Below, piece after piece: positions 18,662-27,863 of a stretch of DNA of 64,000 bases; within the stretch, counting starts at the first letter, position 1, and each line of letters starts with the position of its first letter. A model generated the notes under the pieces. The model made no database searches, was not told the DNA's origin, and worked only from the letters and a program-made list of their open reading frames with translations. A program made the translations under genes and the position numbers. The DNA lies in assembly GCA_964579145.1 (NCBI GenBank), contig CAZOGB010000001.1:12573-76572 (forward strand). Direction: 5' to 3'. Source of the DNA: an uncultured bacterium (GTDB taxonomy: Bacteria; Armatimonadota; HRBIN16).

Positions 18662-19486
18662 TTAGTACGGATACCAGCCCTCGGATACCCACTGAGCAGG
18701 CAGTCCCACCGGCACGAAGATGTTTCTGTACCAGAGGATTTGCCCGCGTCCCATCGCCTTGGCGTGACCGTCGAAGAAGACCACGTTGGCAGTTCCAGTG
18801 TGGCGATAGCGCGGCATCATACCACAGCCTGCCCACGTAGCGTTGCCATCCCCGTCGTTGACCAGGTCGCAGTCACGCTGCAGGGCGACTTCTGCGCCAT
18901 CTCTTTGTGGCGGACGACCAATCCAGTCCACCCAGTCCCACTCCCAGGTGCCGAAGTACACCCAGCCCCAGAAGGCATCGTTCACACCCTTCTCGGTAAT
19001 CATTACCTTCTCGGCGGGGGTCTCCAGTGCGGAGATGGGCGTCACGCGGTGGCGAGCATCGGTGCCCCCGACCGGCCAGTTCCAGTAGTCAGCAAATACG
19101 TCGTAATGGCAGCCGTATTTGCCGCTCTGGTTCCTGTCGGGGAAGGACGGACAGGCATAAATGCCGGAGGTTCCCCAGCTGTACTCTACCCCCTGTTCAT
19201 CGCGATAGCGGTCGCCGTTCTTCACGTAGGGCCAGATGACGCTGTACCACGCTTGCTGGGGCACGCCGGTGCTACCGCCACCGTACTGGGACATGGGGAA
19301 GGTCTCGTCGTAGTCCTGCACGTACATCATCACGCCGAGACCAATCTGCTTGAGGTTGCTCAGACAGGTCGCTCCGCGTGCCTTCTCACGTGCCTGCGAG
19401 AAGACGGGGAACAGGATGGCTGCGAGGATGGCGATAATTGCTATCACCACCAGCAGCTCGATGAGCGTAAACGCTTTACGGTTCAT
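18662..19486 (-). CDS. Prepilin-type N-terminal cleavage/methylation domain protein, DUF1559 (H-X9-DG) family
   Basis: [29 protein letters not shown] and the C-terminal [16 protein letters not shown] motif are present. Confidence 0.85.
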   Translation of the reverse strand: MNRKAFTLIELLVVIAIIAILAAILFPVFSQAREKARGATCLSNLKQIGLGVMMYVQDYDETFPMSQYGGGSTGVPQQAWYSVIWPYVKNGDRYRDEQGVEYSWGTSGIYACPSFPDRNQSGKYGCHYDVFADYWNWPVGGTDARHRVTPISALETPAEKVMITEKGVNDAFWGWVYFGTWEWDWVDWIGRPPQRDGAEVALQRDCDLVNDGDGNATWAGCGMMPRYRHTGTANVVFFDGHAKAMGRGQILWYRNIFVPVGLPAQWVSEGWYPY

Positions 19487-19805
19487 GCTAGATGCACCCT
19501 CCTGTAAGTTTAAGATTGTGTATATTGCGCCGTACGGATGGTAAACAGCGCGTTGTATAAGGCAGCATCGTGCCTTGATACCTCGTTCAGCGGTTTCTTC
19601 GTCCGTTCTCTTAATCGTTTAAGAGTTTACACTATGATTGTATATCCTTTTTGGGTATTTGTCAAGCGGTTCGGCAAGATTTTTTGGAACCGGGGCGCAA
19701 AATCCCGCAACACAACGGGTAAAAATGCGCCGCCCGCCGGGCAGGAAGGAGTTGTGCGTGCGAGAATCTGTGTGTAGCAATCCATCTGAGGTACGGAGGG
19801 GCAAC

Positions 19806-22172
19806 ATGAAAGCAGGTTTTGGAATCTATCCCGCGCTGATTCTGTTCTGTGCGGCGTCCGCTCACGCTCAGATGACACTGGCAACAGGCGGCAGAGCACG
19901 CCTGCCCATCCTCATCCAATATGGCGCGACTCAGACCGAGCGCTACGCCGCCGAGGAACTGGCAAACCATCTTCAGCAAATCACCGGCGCCCGCTTTGAA
20001 CTGCGAGAGGTGCACCCGGGCGAAGTGCCCCAGAGCGGAATCATCATTGGACCGGGACACCTCGCGGAGGCGGTTTTCCCCGAAGTGAAACTCGCCGAGT
20101 TCGGCGGCGAACAGCTTACCATCCGCACGAAGGGCAACTACCTTCTACTGGCGGGCGGACGCCCACGGGGAACGCTTTATGCGGTATATCGCTTCCTCAG
20201 CGGACAGCTTGGCGTGCGCTGGTGGGCGCCCTGGGCGACGCATATCCCGAAAAAAAGCACCCTGCGCGTGCCCGCCCTGTCCATTGAAGAGAAACCTGCG
20301 TTCGAGTATCGCGAGCCGTTCTGGTACCCTGCTTTTGACGGCGACTGGGCGGCGCGAAACTATTATAACGGTCACTCTGCCCGCCTCACCGAAAAGCACG
20401 GTGGTAAAATCATCTACAAAGGCTTCGTGCATACCTTCTATCCGCTGGTTCCGCCCGAACAGTACTTCGAAAAACATCCCGAATGGTACAGCCTGATTGG
20501 CGGCAAGCGCACCTACCAGCACGCCCAGCTGTGTACCACCAACCCCGAACTGCGCGAGTTTCTGGTGGAGCGCGTGCGCCAGTGGCTGAAGGAGTCTCCC
20601 GAAGCGAGCATCATCTCTATCTCCCAGAACGACTGGGGCGGCGCGTGCGAGTGCGACAACTGCAGGACGATTGACGAGCGCGAAGGCACTCACGCTGGCT
20701 CGGTGCTGGAACTGCTCAACTACATCGCCGAGCGGCTGGAAGCGGAGTTCCCCAATGTGGCGTTTGATACGCTGGCGTACCAGTACACCCGCAAACCCAC
20801 TAAAACGCTCAAGCCACGCCACAACGTGATTGTGCGCCTCTGCTCCATCGAGTGCAACTTCGCCCAGCCGTTAGACCATCCGAGCAACAAAGCGTTCGCC
20901 GACGACATCCGCGGCTGGTCGCAGATGAGCAACCGCCTGTACGTGTGGGACTACACCACCAACTTTTCGCACTATGTTCAGCCCCATCCCAACTACTTCG
21001 TGCTGGGACCGAATGTGCGCTTCTTCCAGCAGCACGGCGTGCGCGGGCTGTTTGAACAGGGCGCATACCAGTCGCACGGCTCGGAGTTTTCGGAACTGCG
21101 GGCGTGGGTGCTGGCGCAACTGCTGTGGAACCCGTATCAGGACGACCGCAAGCTGATTGACGAGTTCCTGAAGGGCTACTACGGCAAGGCGGCGCCTTAC
21201 ATCAAGCAGTATATGGAGATGATGGCAGACGCCGCGAAGGACTTCTACATGCGCTGTTTCACCAACACCAACGCCCCCTTCCTGAACTACGAGACGCTGA
21301 GCAAAGCGGAACGGCTGTGGCAGAAAGCGGAGGAGGCGGTGAAGGACAACCCAGACCAGTTGTGGCGGGTGAAGGTAGGACACCTGCCGGTGCGCTATGC
21401 TTTCCTGACCAACTGGATACGCCTGCGCCGCGAGTGCCTGCTGAAGGGCGGTGAATGGCCCCTGCCCCTGTCGCGCAAGGCGGTAGCCGATGAGTGGCTG
21501 CAGGTAGCAACGGGACCCGGACCCAAGGGCTGGTCGCCCATGACCCATGTGAACGAAGGCGGATTGACCCCGCAGAAGTTCATCGAGCGTTTTGCAGTGG
21601 ATGAACCGGACCCCGTGATTCCCGAAAGCGTGCGCCGAACCGGCGTCGTCCCGCCGCCATCGGACATCGCTGGAGTGAACCCGCGCGAGTGCGTGGATGC
21701 TCAGGAATCGGTGGCACGTATCACCAACGAGAGCAACTGGGGCATGTACGCGGGAGACCCGCTGGCGTCGGATGGATTGGCGGTGAAGATGCCCGGCAAT
21801 CACCACGAGTGGGCGTATCATGTGCCTGTCTCTGCCCTGCCGGAGCGTGCGCACAAAGGGCGGTGGAAGGTGTATGTGGTGCTGCGAGTGGAGAAAAAGG
21901 CGAATGTAGACCCCCAGAAAGATGCCTTCTGGGCAGGCGTCTGGGATACAGCGGCGTGGAAATCGGCGGGTGAGATACGCGGCAAAATCGCCGACACGGA
22001 CGAGAAGAGCTACCGCTCGTTCCTTATCGGCACGGTGGAACTGAACCCGAACATGTATATCTGGGTGGCGCCGCCAGCATCGGGCATCGACGGTCCCGTG
22101 CACGTGAGCGAAGGGGAGGCGAACGTGAAGGCTGTCTGGGTAGACCGGGTGTATCTCGTGCCGGCCGATTAA
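19806..22172 (+). CDS. Secreted DUF4838-like putative glycoside hydrolase family protein
   Basis: A signal peptide (MKAGFGIYPALILFCAASAHA) is present at ATG 19806. The 788-aa protein has the conserved core characteristic of DUF4838 (WWAPW...FVHTFYPLV...NPELREFL...ISISQNDWGGACECDNC). The family call is from memory and is not certain. Confidence 0.5.
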   Translation: MKAGFGIYPALILFCAASAHAQMTLATGGRARLPILIQYGATQTERYAAEELANHLQQITGARFELREVHPGEVPQSGIIIGPGHLAEAVFPEVKLAEFGGEQLTIRTKGNYLLLAGGRPRGTLYAVYRFLSGQLGVRWWAPWATHIPKKSTLRVPALSIEEKPAFEYREPFWYPAFDGDWAARNYYNGHSARLTEKHGGKIIYKGFVHTFYPLVPPEQYFEKHPEWYSLIGGKRTYQHAQLCTTNPELREFLVERVRQWLKESPEASIISISQNDWGGACECDNCRTIDEREGTHAGSVLELLNYIAERLEAEFPNVAFDTLAYQYTRKPTKTLKPRHNVIVRLCSIECNFAQPLDHPSNKAFADDIRGWSQMSNRLYVWDYTTNFSHYVQPHPNYFVLGPNVRFFQQHGVRGLFEQGAYQSHGSEFSELRAWVLAQLLWNPYQDDRKLIDEFLKGYYGKAAPYIKQYMEMMADAAKDFYMRCFTNTNAPFLNYETLSKAERLWQKAEEAVKDNPDQLWRVKVGHLPVRYAFLTNWIRLRRECLLKGGEWPLPLSRKAVADEWLQVATGPGPKGWSPMTHVNEGGLTPQKFIERFAVDEPDPVIPESVRRTGVVPPPSDIAGVNPRECVDAQESVARITNESNWGMYAGDPLASDGLAVKMPGNHHEWAYHVPVSALPERAHKGRWKVYVVLRVEKKANVDPQKDAFWAGVWDTAAWKSAGEIRGKIADTDEKSYRSFLIGTVELNPNMYIWVAPPASGIDGPVHVSEGEANVKAVWVDRVYLVPAD

Positions 22173-22190
22173 TACTCAGGGGAGGAAACC

Positions 22191-24899
22191 ATGCGCGGAA
22201 GGTGGTGGCTCGTTGTGGCACTGCTTGCGCTGATAGCGGGGGCGAACGCACAGCCGCTCAGGATTTATGTGGCACCGGACGGCAATGACCGCTGGTCGGG
22301 CAGGCTGGCACGCCCCAACGCACGGCGAACGGATGGACCGCTCGCGACGCTGAAGGGGGCGCGGGATGCCGTCAGAAAGTTGAAGTCGGCTGGAGGTCTG
22401 CGTGCGCCTGTGCAGGTGCTGTTCGCCACCGGCACATACCCGATGAGCGAGCCCGTTATCTTCACCCCCGAAGATAGCGGAACCGCCAGCGCACCCATCA
22501 CCTACGAAGCCATGCCCGGTGCAAAGCCCGTGTTTGAAGGGGGCAGGCGTATCACAGGCTTTCGGAGGGGGACGAACGGCATCTGGACAGCCGCCATCCC
22601 GCAGGTACGCGAAGGCAAGTGGTACTTCGAGCAGTTATGGGTGAACGGCAGACGCGCCACCCGTGCCCGCTCACCCAACCGCTTCTACCACTACATGCTC
22701 GGCCGTATCGACGAAGGCACAGACCCGCTGACCGGTCAGCGCACCAAACTGTCCAACCGAGCCTTTGTGGCGCGACGAGAAGACATCCGTCCCCTGCTTT
22801 CCCTTTCGCCCGAGCAGCTGCGCGACGTCACGGTGGTGGTGTACCACTCGTGGGAGATTTCGCGCCATCGCATCGCCTCGGTGGACGCGGAGACCGGCGC
22901 GGTCATCACCACAGGCGGGCATACGTGGGACTTCCTGTACTGGGGACCCAACCAGCGATACCACCTCGAAAACTTCCGCCACGCGCTGGACCAGCCGGGC
23001 GAATGGTTCCTCTCTCGCGACGGCACGCTGTACTACAAGCCCCTGCCGGGTGAGAACATGCGTACCGCTCAGGTGTTTGCTCCTGTCACCGAAGCCTTCC
23101 TTCGCTTCGAAGGCAAGCCCGAAGAGGGCAAATGGGTGGAGCATCTCGCCTTCAGGGGGCTGACCTTCCGCCATGCGCAGTACGTTCTGCCTCCGCAGGG
23201 ACACGGCGACTGGCAGGCGGCTTACACCGTTCCAGCGGTGGTGATGGCGGATGGAGCGAGACACATCACCCTGCGGGAATGCGAAATCGCCCATATCGGC
23301 ACGTACGCCATCTGGTTCCGCCGCGCGTGTACCGACTGCCGCGTGGAGAAATGCCACCTGCACGATATGGGTGCGGGAGGCGTGCGCATCGGCGAGGGGA
23401 ATATTCCTCCCGCCGGTCAGGAGACCGGGCGCATCACCGTGCACAACTGCATCATTCAGCAGGGTGGACGCATCCATCACGGCGCGGTGGGAGTGTGGAT
23501 CGGACAGAGCGGCGATAACCAGATTACCCACAACGACATCGGCGACTTCTTCTATACTGGCGTCTCGGTGGGCTGGACCTGGGGGTACGGTGAAAGCCGC
23601 GCCCAGCGCAACCGTATCGAGTTCAATCACATCCATCACCTGGGCTGGGGGGTGCTCAGCGATATGGGTGGCGTTTACACGCTGGGCATCTCCGACGGCA
23701 CTACCGTCAGCAACAACGTCATCCACGACGTGTACTCCTATGACCGTTACGGTCGCGGCGGCTGGGGACTGTATAACGATGAGGGAAGCACGCACATCGT
23801 GATGGAGAACAATCTGGTATATAACGTGAAGACCGGCACCTACCACCAGCACTACGGGCGTGAGAACGTGGTACGCAACAATATTCTCGCCTTCAGCATG
23901 GATGGACAGCTCCAGCGTTCGCGCGTGGAACCGCATCTCTCCTTCACCTTCGAGCGCAACATCGTCTACTGGAAGGAGGGACCGCTGTTCTCCGGTTCAT
24001 GGAAGGATGCAAACGTTGTCCTGCGGCAAAACCTCTACTATAAAGCGGGGGCGCAGTCGTTTACCTTTGAAGACCTCTCGTGGGAGCAGTGGCGCCAGCT
24101 GGGCAAGGATGAAGGCTCCCTGATTGCCGACCCGCTGTTTTACGACGCCGACCGCTACGACTTCCGCCTGCGCCCGGGTTCCCCCGCTCACCGCATCGGC
24201 TTCAAGCCGTTTGACTACACTCAAGCGGGCGTAACCGGCGATGTGCAGTGGGTCAAGCGAGCGCGCTCGCGCCAGTATCCGCCGGTGCAGTTCGCCCCCG
24301 AACCGCCGCCGCTCGGCCTGAAAGACAGCTTTGAGCGCACGCCAGTCGGAATGCCGCCTGCCGGAGCACAGGTGTATGTGGAAGGGAAAGGCGATAGCAT
24401 CGCCGTGACGGAGGAGGTCGCCTTCACCGGGAGAAGATGCCTGAAAGTAACCGACGCGCCCGGCTTGCAGTTCGCCTTCAATCCGCACGTCGCCTATATG
24501 CCCAATCACCGCAAGGGTACAACGCGCCTCCGATTTGCTCTGCGCGTGGAGCCGGGCGCGGTGATGTACCACGAGTGGCGCGACTGGCGCAGTTCCCCGT
24601 ACCGCGTGGGACCCAGTTTCAGCATAGAGGGAGGCGCTTTGCGAGTGCGCGGCGCGGAGGCAGTCGCCATCCCGGTCAGCCAGTGGATTGTCGTGGAGGT
24701 CTGGGCGCAGATGGGCAATCCCAAAGGGGAAAGGTGGGGCGTGCGCTTTATCCTGCCCGACGGCACGGAACACCGCTTTGACGGACTGCCCACCGACGAG
24801 GGATTTGAAACGCTGACATGGGTGGGCTTTGTGAGCAACGCCACCGACACCAGCGTCTTCTATTTGGACGATATAGAACTGACCAGCACCGCAAGATAG
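22191..24899 (+). CDS. Secreted right-handed parallel beta-helix repeat protein (pectin-lyase fold)
   Basis: A signal peptide is followed by [13 protein letters not shown] and repeated beta-helix coil motifs ([21 protein letters not shown]). Confidence 0.65.
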   Translation: MRGRWWLVVALLALIAGANAQPLRIYVAPDGNDRWSGRLARPNARRTDGPLATLKGARDAVRKLKSAGGLRAPVQVLFATGTYPMSEPVIFTPEDSGTASAPITYEAMPGAKPVFEGGRRITGFRRGTNGIWTAAIPQVREGKWYFEQLWVNGRRATRARSPNRFYHYMLGRIDEGTDPLTGQRTKLSNRAFVARREDIRPLLSLSPEQLRDVTVVVYHSWEISRHRIASVDAETGAVITTGGHTWDFLYWGPNQRYHLENFRHALDQPGEWFLSRDGTLYYKPLPGENMRTAQVFAPVTEAFLRFEGKPEEGKWVEHLAFRGLTFRHAQYVLPPQGHGDWQAAYTVPAVVMADGARHITLRECEIAHIGTYAIWFRRACTDCRVEKCHLHDMGAGGVRIGEGNIPPAGQETGRITVHNCIIQQGGRIHHGAVGVWIGQSGDNQITHNDIGDFFYTGVSVGWTWGYGESRAQRNRIEFNHIHHLGWGVLSDMGGVYTLGISDGTTVSNNVIHDVYSYDRYGRGGWGLYNDEGSTHIVMENNLVYNVKTGTYHQHYGRENVVRNNILAFSMDGQLQRSRVEPHLSFTFERNIVYWKEGPLFSGSWKDANVVLRQNLYYKAGAQSFTFEDLSWEQWRQLGKDEGSLIADPLFYDADRYDFRLRPGSPAHRIGFKPFDYTQAGVTGDVQWVKRARSRQYPPVQFAPEPPPLGLKDSFERTPVGMPPAGAQVYVEGKGDSIAVTEEVAFTGRRCLKVTDAPGLQFAFNPHVAYMPNHRKGTTRLRFALRVEPGAVMYHEWRDWRSSPYRVGPSFSIEGGALRVRGAEAVAIPVSQWIVVEVWAQMGNPKGERWGVRFILPDGTEHRFDGLPTDEGFETLTWVGFVSNATDTSVFYLDDIELTSTAR

Positions 24900-24902
24900 C
24901 GA

Positions 24903-25118
24903 TTAGCCGGAAACCACCGTGGCGGGGAAGCCGGCGTCGTCCAGACGCTGGAGTATCTGCTCTATGCTCACCTGTGCCTCGTCAAACTGGACGTCTACCA
25001 GCTTGCCGGCGATGTCTACCGTGACCTGCTGGACGCCGCCCAGCCGGTTCAGGGCATTCGTGATGGCGTTCGCACAGCTCTTGCAGACGATATCCGGTGC
25101 GCTCAACCGTACTTGCAT
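24903..25118 (-). CDS. Heavy-metal-associated (HMA) domain protein, CopZ-like
   Basis: MQVRLSAPDIVCKSCANAITNAL matches the HMA CxxC fold. An AGAGGAGG RBS precedes the ATG at 25118; the ORF track extends to 25202. Confidence 0.6.
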   Translation of the reverse strand: MQVRLSAPDIVCKSCANAITNALNRLGGVQQVTVDIAGKLVDVQFDEAQVSIEQILQRLDDAGFPATVVSG

Positions 25119-25131
25119 CTCGACACCTCCT

Positions 25132-26106
25132 CTAAAACAGCACACAATGTAGGGTGCAGGTAGAAGCGGCTCCCACCTGCGACACGAGGTACAGCGCTCC
25201 ACCGACGCACACTGCTATCAGCAAACGCGTTACCCGTGCAGAGGGACTCACAGGGTGAGAGTAGAGCACACGCTGCAGCCGCTCTTCCAACAGGGTACCT
25301 TCGGACGCAAAGCCTATCGCCACGCCCTGTGCCTCCGCCTGGCGAATCAGAAGCGCTCGAGCCAATTCGGTGCGTGCTACGCCGGACTGCGTTGCCCGGG
25401 CGTCTGCCAGCAGTTCCGCCGCCCTGCTCCAGTTACGGTAAGCCATGCTCCACATCGCCAGCCCAGCGCTGTTTACCAGAAGCCCCACGCACAGCGTAAA
25501 CCAGCCATCTTTTGCACGCAGGTGCTGATACTCGTGAGCCACGACCGCTTCCAACTGCGCCTCGTTCAGGTTATCGACCGTTTCCCGCGACAGCAAACAG
25601 GTTCCTCCATACACGCCGTCTGCCTCGGAGGGCATATCCACCTCGCGAAAGCGCGAAAGCCATTCCTGTGGAACCACCTGGCGAAGTACCGTCAGCAGCT
25701 TTGGCGAGGGCGGACGTGAGTGGGCATACAGTTCGCGCACGGTGCGAACCAGCACTGCCCCTCGGTATACCAGCCTCGCTATCCACACCACCAGGATACC
25801 TCCGACGAGCACAACAAGCGGACGCCCCCACGCGAAGAGATTCTCGCCGAAGAGATGCTGTAGCCAGCCCGCATAGCAACCGCTCTGGTGGACCCAGGAT
25901 GGCAATAAAAAGGAGAAAGCGACCAGCATCGCCAGCTTAAGGGGCAACAGCGTCATCAGTGCCAGGATTCCTTTCAGGTCGGCAAGGTTTATCCAGCGGC
26001 GCAGCCGCCACACCAGCATACTCAGCAGAGCTGTTACCCCACCAATGAGCAGAAAAACCGCCCCTGCCAGCACTCCACCGGCAATCGCGTGCTCCCAGTC
26101 GTGCAC
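25132..26106 (-). CDS. M56 family (BlaR1/MecR1-like) membrane metallopeptidase lacking a C-terminal sensor domain
   Basis: The zinc-binding HEXXH is present as AHEYQHL. Multiple TM helices are present. A GTG start at 26106 lies 4 nt after the BlaI-family gene. Confidence 0.8.
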   Translation of the reverse strand: MHDWEHAIAGGVLAGAVFLLIGGVTALLSMLVWRLRRWINLADLKGILALMTLLPLKLAMLVAFSFLLPSWVHQSGCYAGWLQHLFGENLFAWGRPLVVLVGGILVVWIARLVYRGAVLVRTVRELYAHSRPPSPKLLTVLRQVVPQEWLSRFREVDMPSEADGVYGGTCLLSRETVDNLNEAQLEAVVAHEYQHLRAKDGWFTLCVGLLVNSAGLAMWSMAYRNWSRAAELLADARATQSGVARTELARALLIRQAEAQGVAIGFASEGTLLEERLQRVLYSHPVSPSARVTRLLIAVCVGGALYLVSQVGAASTCTLHCVLF

Positions 26107-26110
26107 TGGG

Positions 26111-26524
26111 CTAGCCCTCCTCCTCTTCGATCTGGCGGATCTCCTGTGCCCAGCGCTGGAGCACGTCCGGTGAGACCTCTTCGGGGGCACGGTGGAAATA
26201 GGCCGCCAGTGCCTCCGGGAAACGCTGCGCCAGGTGCGCCAGCGCCTCGCCGACGATACGCCGCTCCAGCTGTTCCCGGCTGAGGGTCGCGCGGTACTGG
26301 TAGCTTCTGCGCTCGCCGCTGCGTTCCACCAGCCCCTTCTTGCACAGCCGCTCCAGAGTGGTGGCAATGGTGGTCAGTGCGACCTGATGAGTGCGTGAGA
26401 CCAGCTGATGTACCTCCGACGCCGTGCATACCCCGTGCTCCCACAGCGTCTCCATCACGGTGCGCTCCAGGTCGCCCAGCTCCGTGCGCACGCCGGTCGG
26501 TTCGGGTTTGAAGCGAAATCGTCT
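26111..26524 (-). CDS. BlaI/MecI/CopY family transcriptional repressor
   Basis: A winged-helix region (LGDLERTVMETLWEHGVCTASEVHQLV...TTIATTLERLCKKGLVER) is present. Confidence 0.85.
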   Translation of the reverse strand, partial: RRFRFKPEPTGVRTELGDLERTVMETLWEHGVCTASEVHQLVSRTHQVALTTIATTLERLCKKGLVERSGERRSYQYRATLSREQLERRIVGEALAHLAQRFPEALAAYFHRAPEEVSPDVLQRWAQEIRQIEEEEG

Positions 26525-26631
26525 CATGTTTTTAGTATACCTCAATTCGACAGCTGATAGAAAGATGTCTTGACAGCCTTTTCGCCGTGCGCTAAGATGT
26601 CGCTAATGTCAATCTGTCGGAGGGCGAAAGC

Positions 26632-27348
26632 ATGAGCCAGGGGCGTGAACCGTTTCCCCTGCCTCGGTACGAATGCTACCGAACGATAGACCGCATCCGG
26701 GTCGACGGCGCGCTGGATGAAGCCACATGGAAGCGTGCGCCCGCGATACGCCTGGTCTCGTGGAAAGACGGCTCTACCCCCGAACGCGAAACGCGGGTGA
26801 AGATGGCATGGGACACGAAGAACCTGTACATCGCCTACTGGGTTGAGGACGATGATTTTCGCTGTAAGATGCGCCGGCGCGATGACCCCCTGTGGCTGGA
26901 AGAGGTGGTGGAGTTCTTTGCCGACGCAGGTCAGGACCTGCGCGACTACTGCGAGTTCGAGTGGAACGCGCTGGGCGCCTGCGTGGACCTGGTGATTGTG
27001 TGGCTGGAAGAGGGCAAGTTCCACATGTTCCTCGAATGGGACGCCAAAGGCATGAAGTGGGCGGTGAAAACAGGCAAGACGGTAATAGAAGGCAGGGAGG
27101 TTGCGGGCTGGCAGTGTGAGGTGGCCATCCCGTTTGCGGTCTTTCGCGATGCTCTCAACCTTCCCCCTCAGGATGGCGACGTGTGGCGGGCGAACCTTTA
27201 CCGGATTGAGATGAGCGGGAAGGAAACGGAATACACCTGCTGGTCACCGGTGCTGGGAGAGAATGTAGCTTTCCATCGCCCCCATCGATTCGGGTATCTG
27301 GTGTTCAGAGACAAACCAATACCCCTCTCCCCTCGCGAATCAGAGTGA
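26632..27348 (+). CDS. Carbohydrate-binding family 9-like (DOMON-like) domain protein
   Basis: The 238-aa ORF shows the CBM9-like pattern (RAPAIRLVSWKDG...WDTKNLYIAYWVEDDD...EVVEFF). Assignment is moderate. Confidence 0.5.
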   Translation: MSQGREPFPLPRYECYRTIDRIRVDGALDEATWKRAPAIRLVSWKDGSTPERETRVKMAWDTKNLYIAYWVEDDDFRCKMRRRDDPLWLEEVVEFFADAGQDLRDYCEFEWNALGACVDLVIVWLEEGKFHMFLEWDAKGMKWAVKTGKTVIEGREVAGWQCEVAIPFAVFRDALNLPPQDGDVWRANLYRIEMSGKETEYTCWSPVLGENVAFHRPHRFGYLVFRDKPIPLSPRESE

Positions 27349-27381
27349 CTCGCGGGCGACGCAGGGGCTGTTAACGCGCAG

Positions 27382-27621
27382 CTAATGCCGGATGGTTACT
27401 TCGTTGACCACTTCGCGGATACCCGGCTTCTGGCGGAAGATGCGGCACAGCTTTTCTATCTCCTCCGCAGGGTCGGCATCGTAGCCACGCAACTTCCGCA
27501 CTGTGCCTCGCAGGTACACCACACCGTGCACCACGTGCAGGTCCAGCAATGAGTAGTCAATAGGGCGTTTTGCCACCTCGTGCATCAGCTGCCGGCGCAG
27601 GGCGATATCCTCTATAGGCAC
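27382..27621 (-). CDS. BON-domain-like small protein
   Basis: The 79-aa ORF has a VVHGVVYLRGTV...GIREVVNEVTI pattern resembling BON domains. Confidence 0.4.
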   Translation of the reverse strand: MPIEDIALRRQLMHEVAKRPIDYSLLDLHVVHGVVYLRGTVRKLRGYDADPAEEIEKLCRIFRQKPGIREVVNEVTIRH

Positions 27622-27817
27622 CTCCTGTCACCTCCTTTCCCTCATGGGTCAGGTGACGCGCTATTAGAGATGCAAGCGGTTTTAGCGATAAATGCTTTAC
27701 CGATTGATTAGACGGCTGGCAGAGGGTTGAAGTTTCACCTTCGCTGGAGAGAAAAGTAGTTACCGTGGTATAATATCTTCAGTACGGTTAGAAACTCACA
27801 TTTTGCATAGCCAAGAT

Positions 27818-27846
27818 TGTGCGACTCGCGTCGAGTGCGGTATAAT
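27818..27846 (+). promoter_or_regulatory. Sigma70-like promoter for korAB (-35 TTGTGC, 17-nt spacer, -10 TATAAT)
   Basis: The sequence ttgtgc-N17-tataat lies about 20 nt upstream of the korA start. A second extended -10 (tggtataat) is at 27766-27774. Confidence 0.4.
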
Positions 27847-27863
27847 TGAAATAGTCGGGTGCG

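Noticed and set aside
19638-19805. Upstream extension of the DUF4838-like ORF
   Set aside because: The extension lies in an AT-rich promoter region. ATG 19806 is followed by a clean signal peptide.
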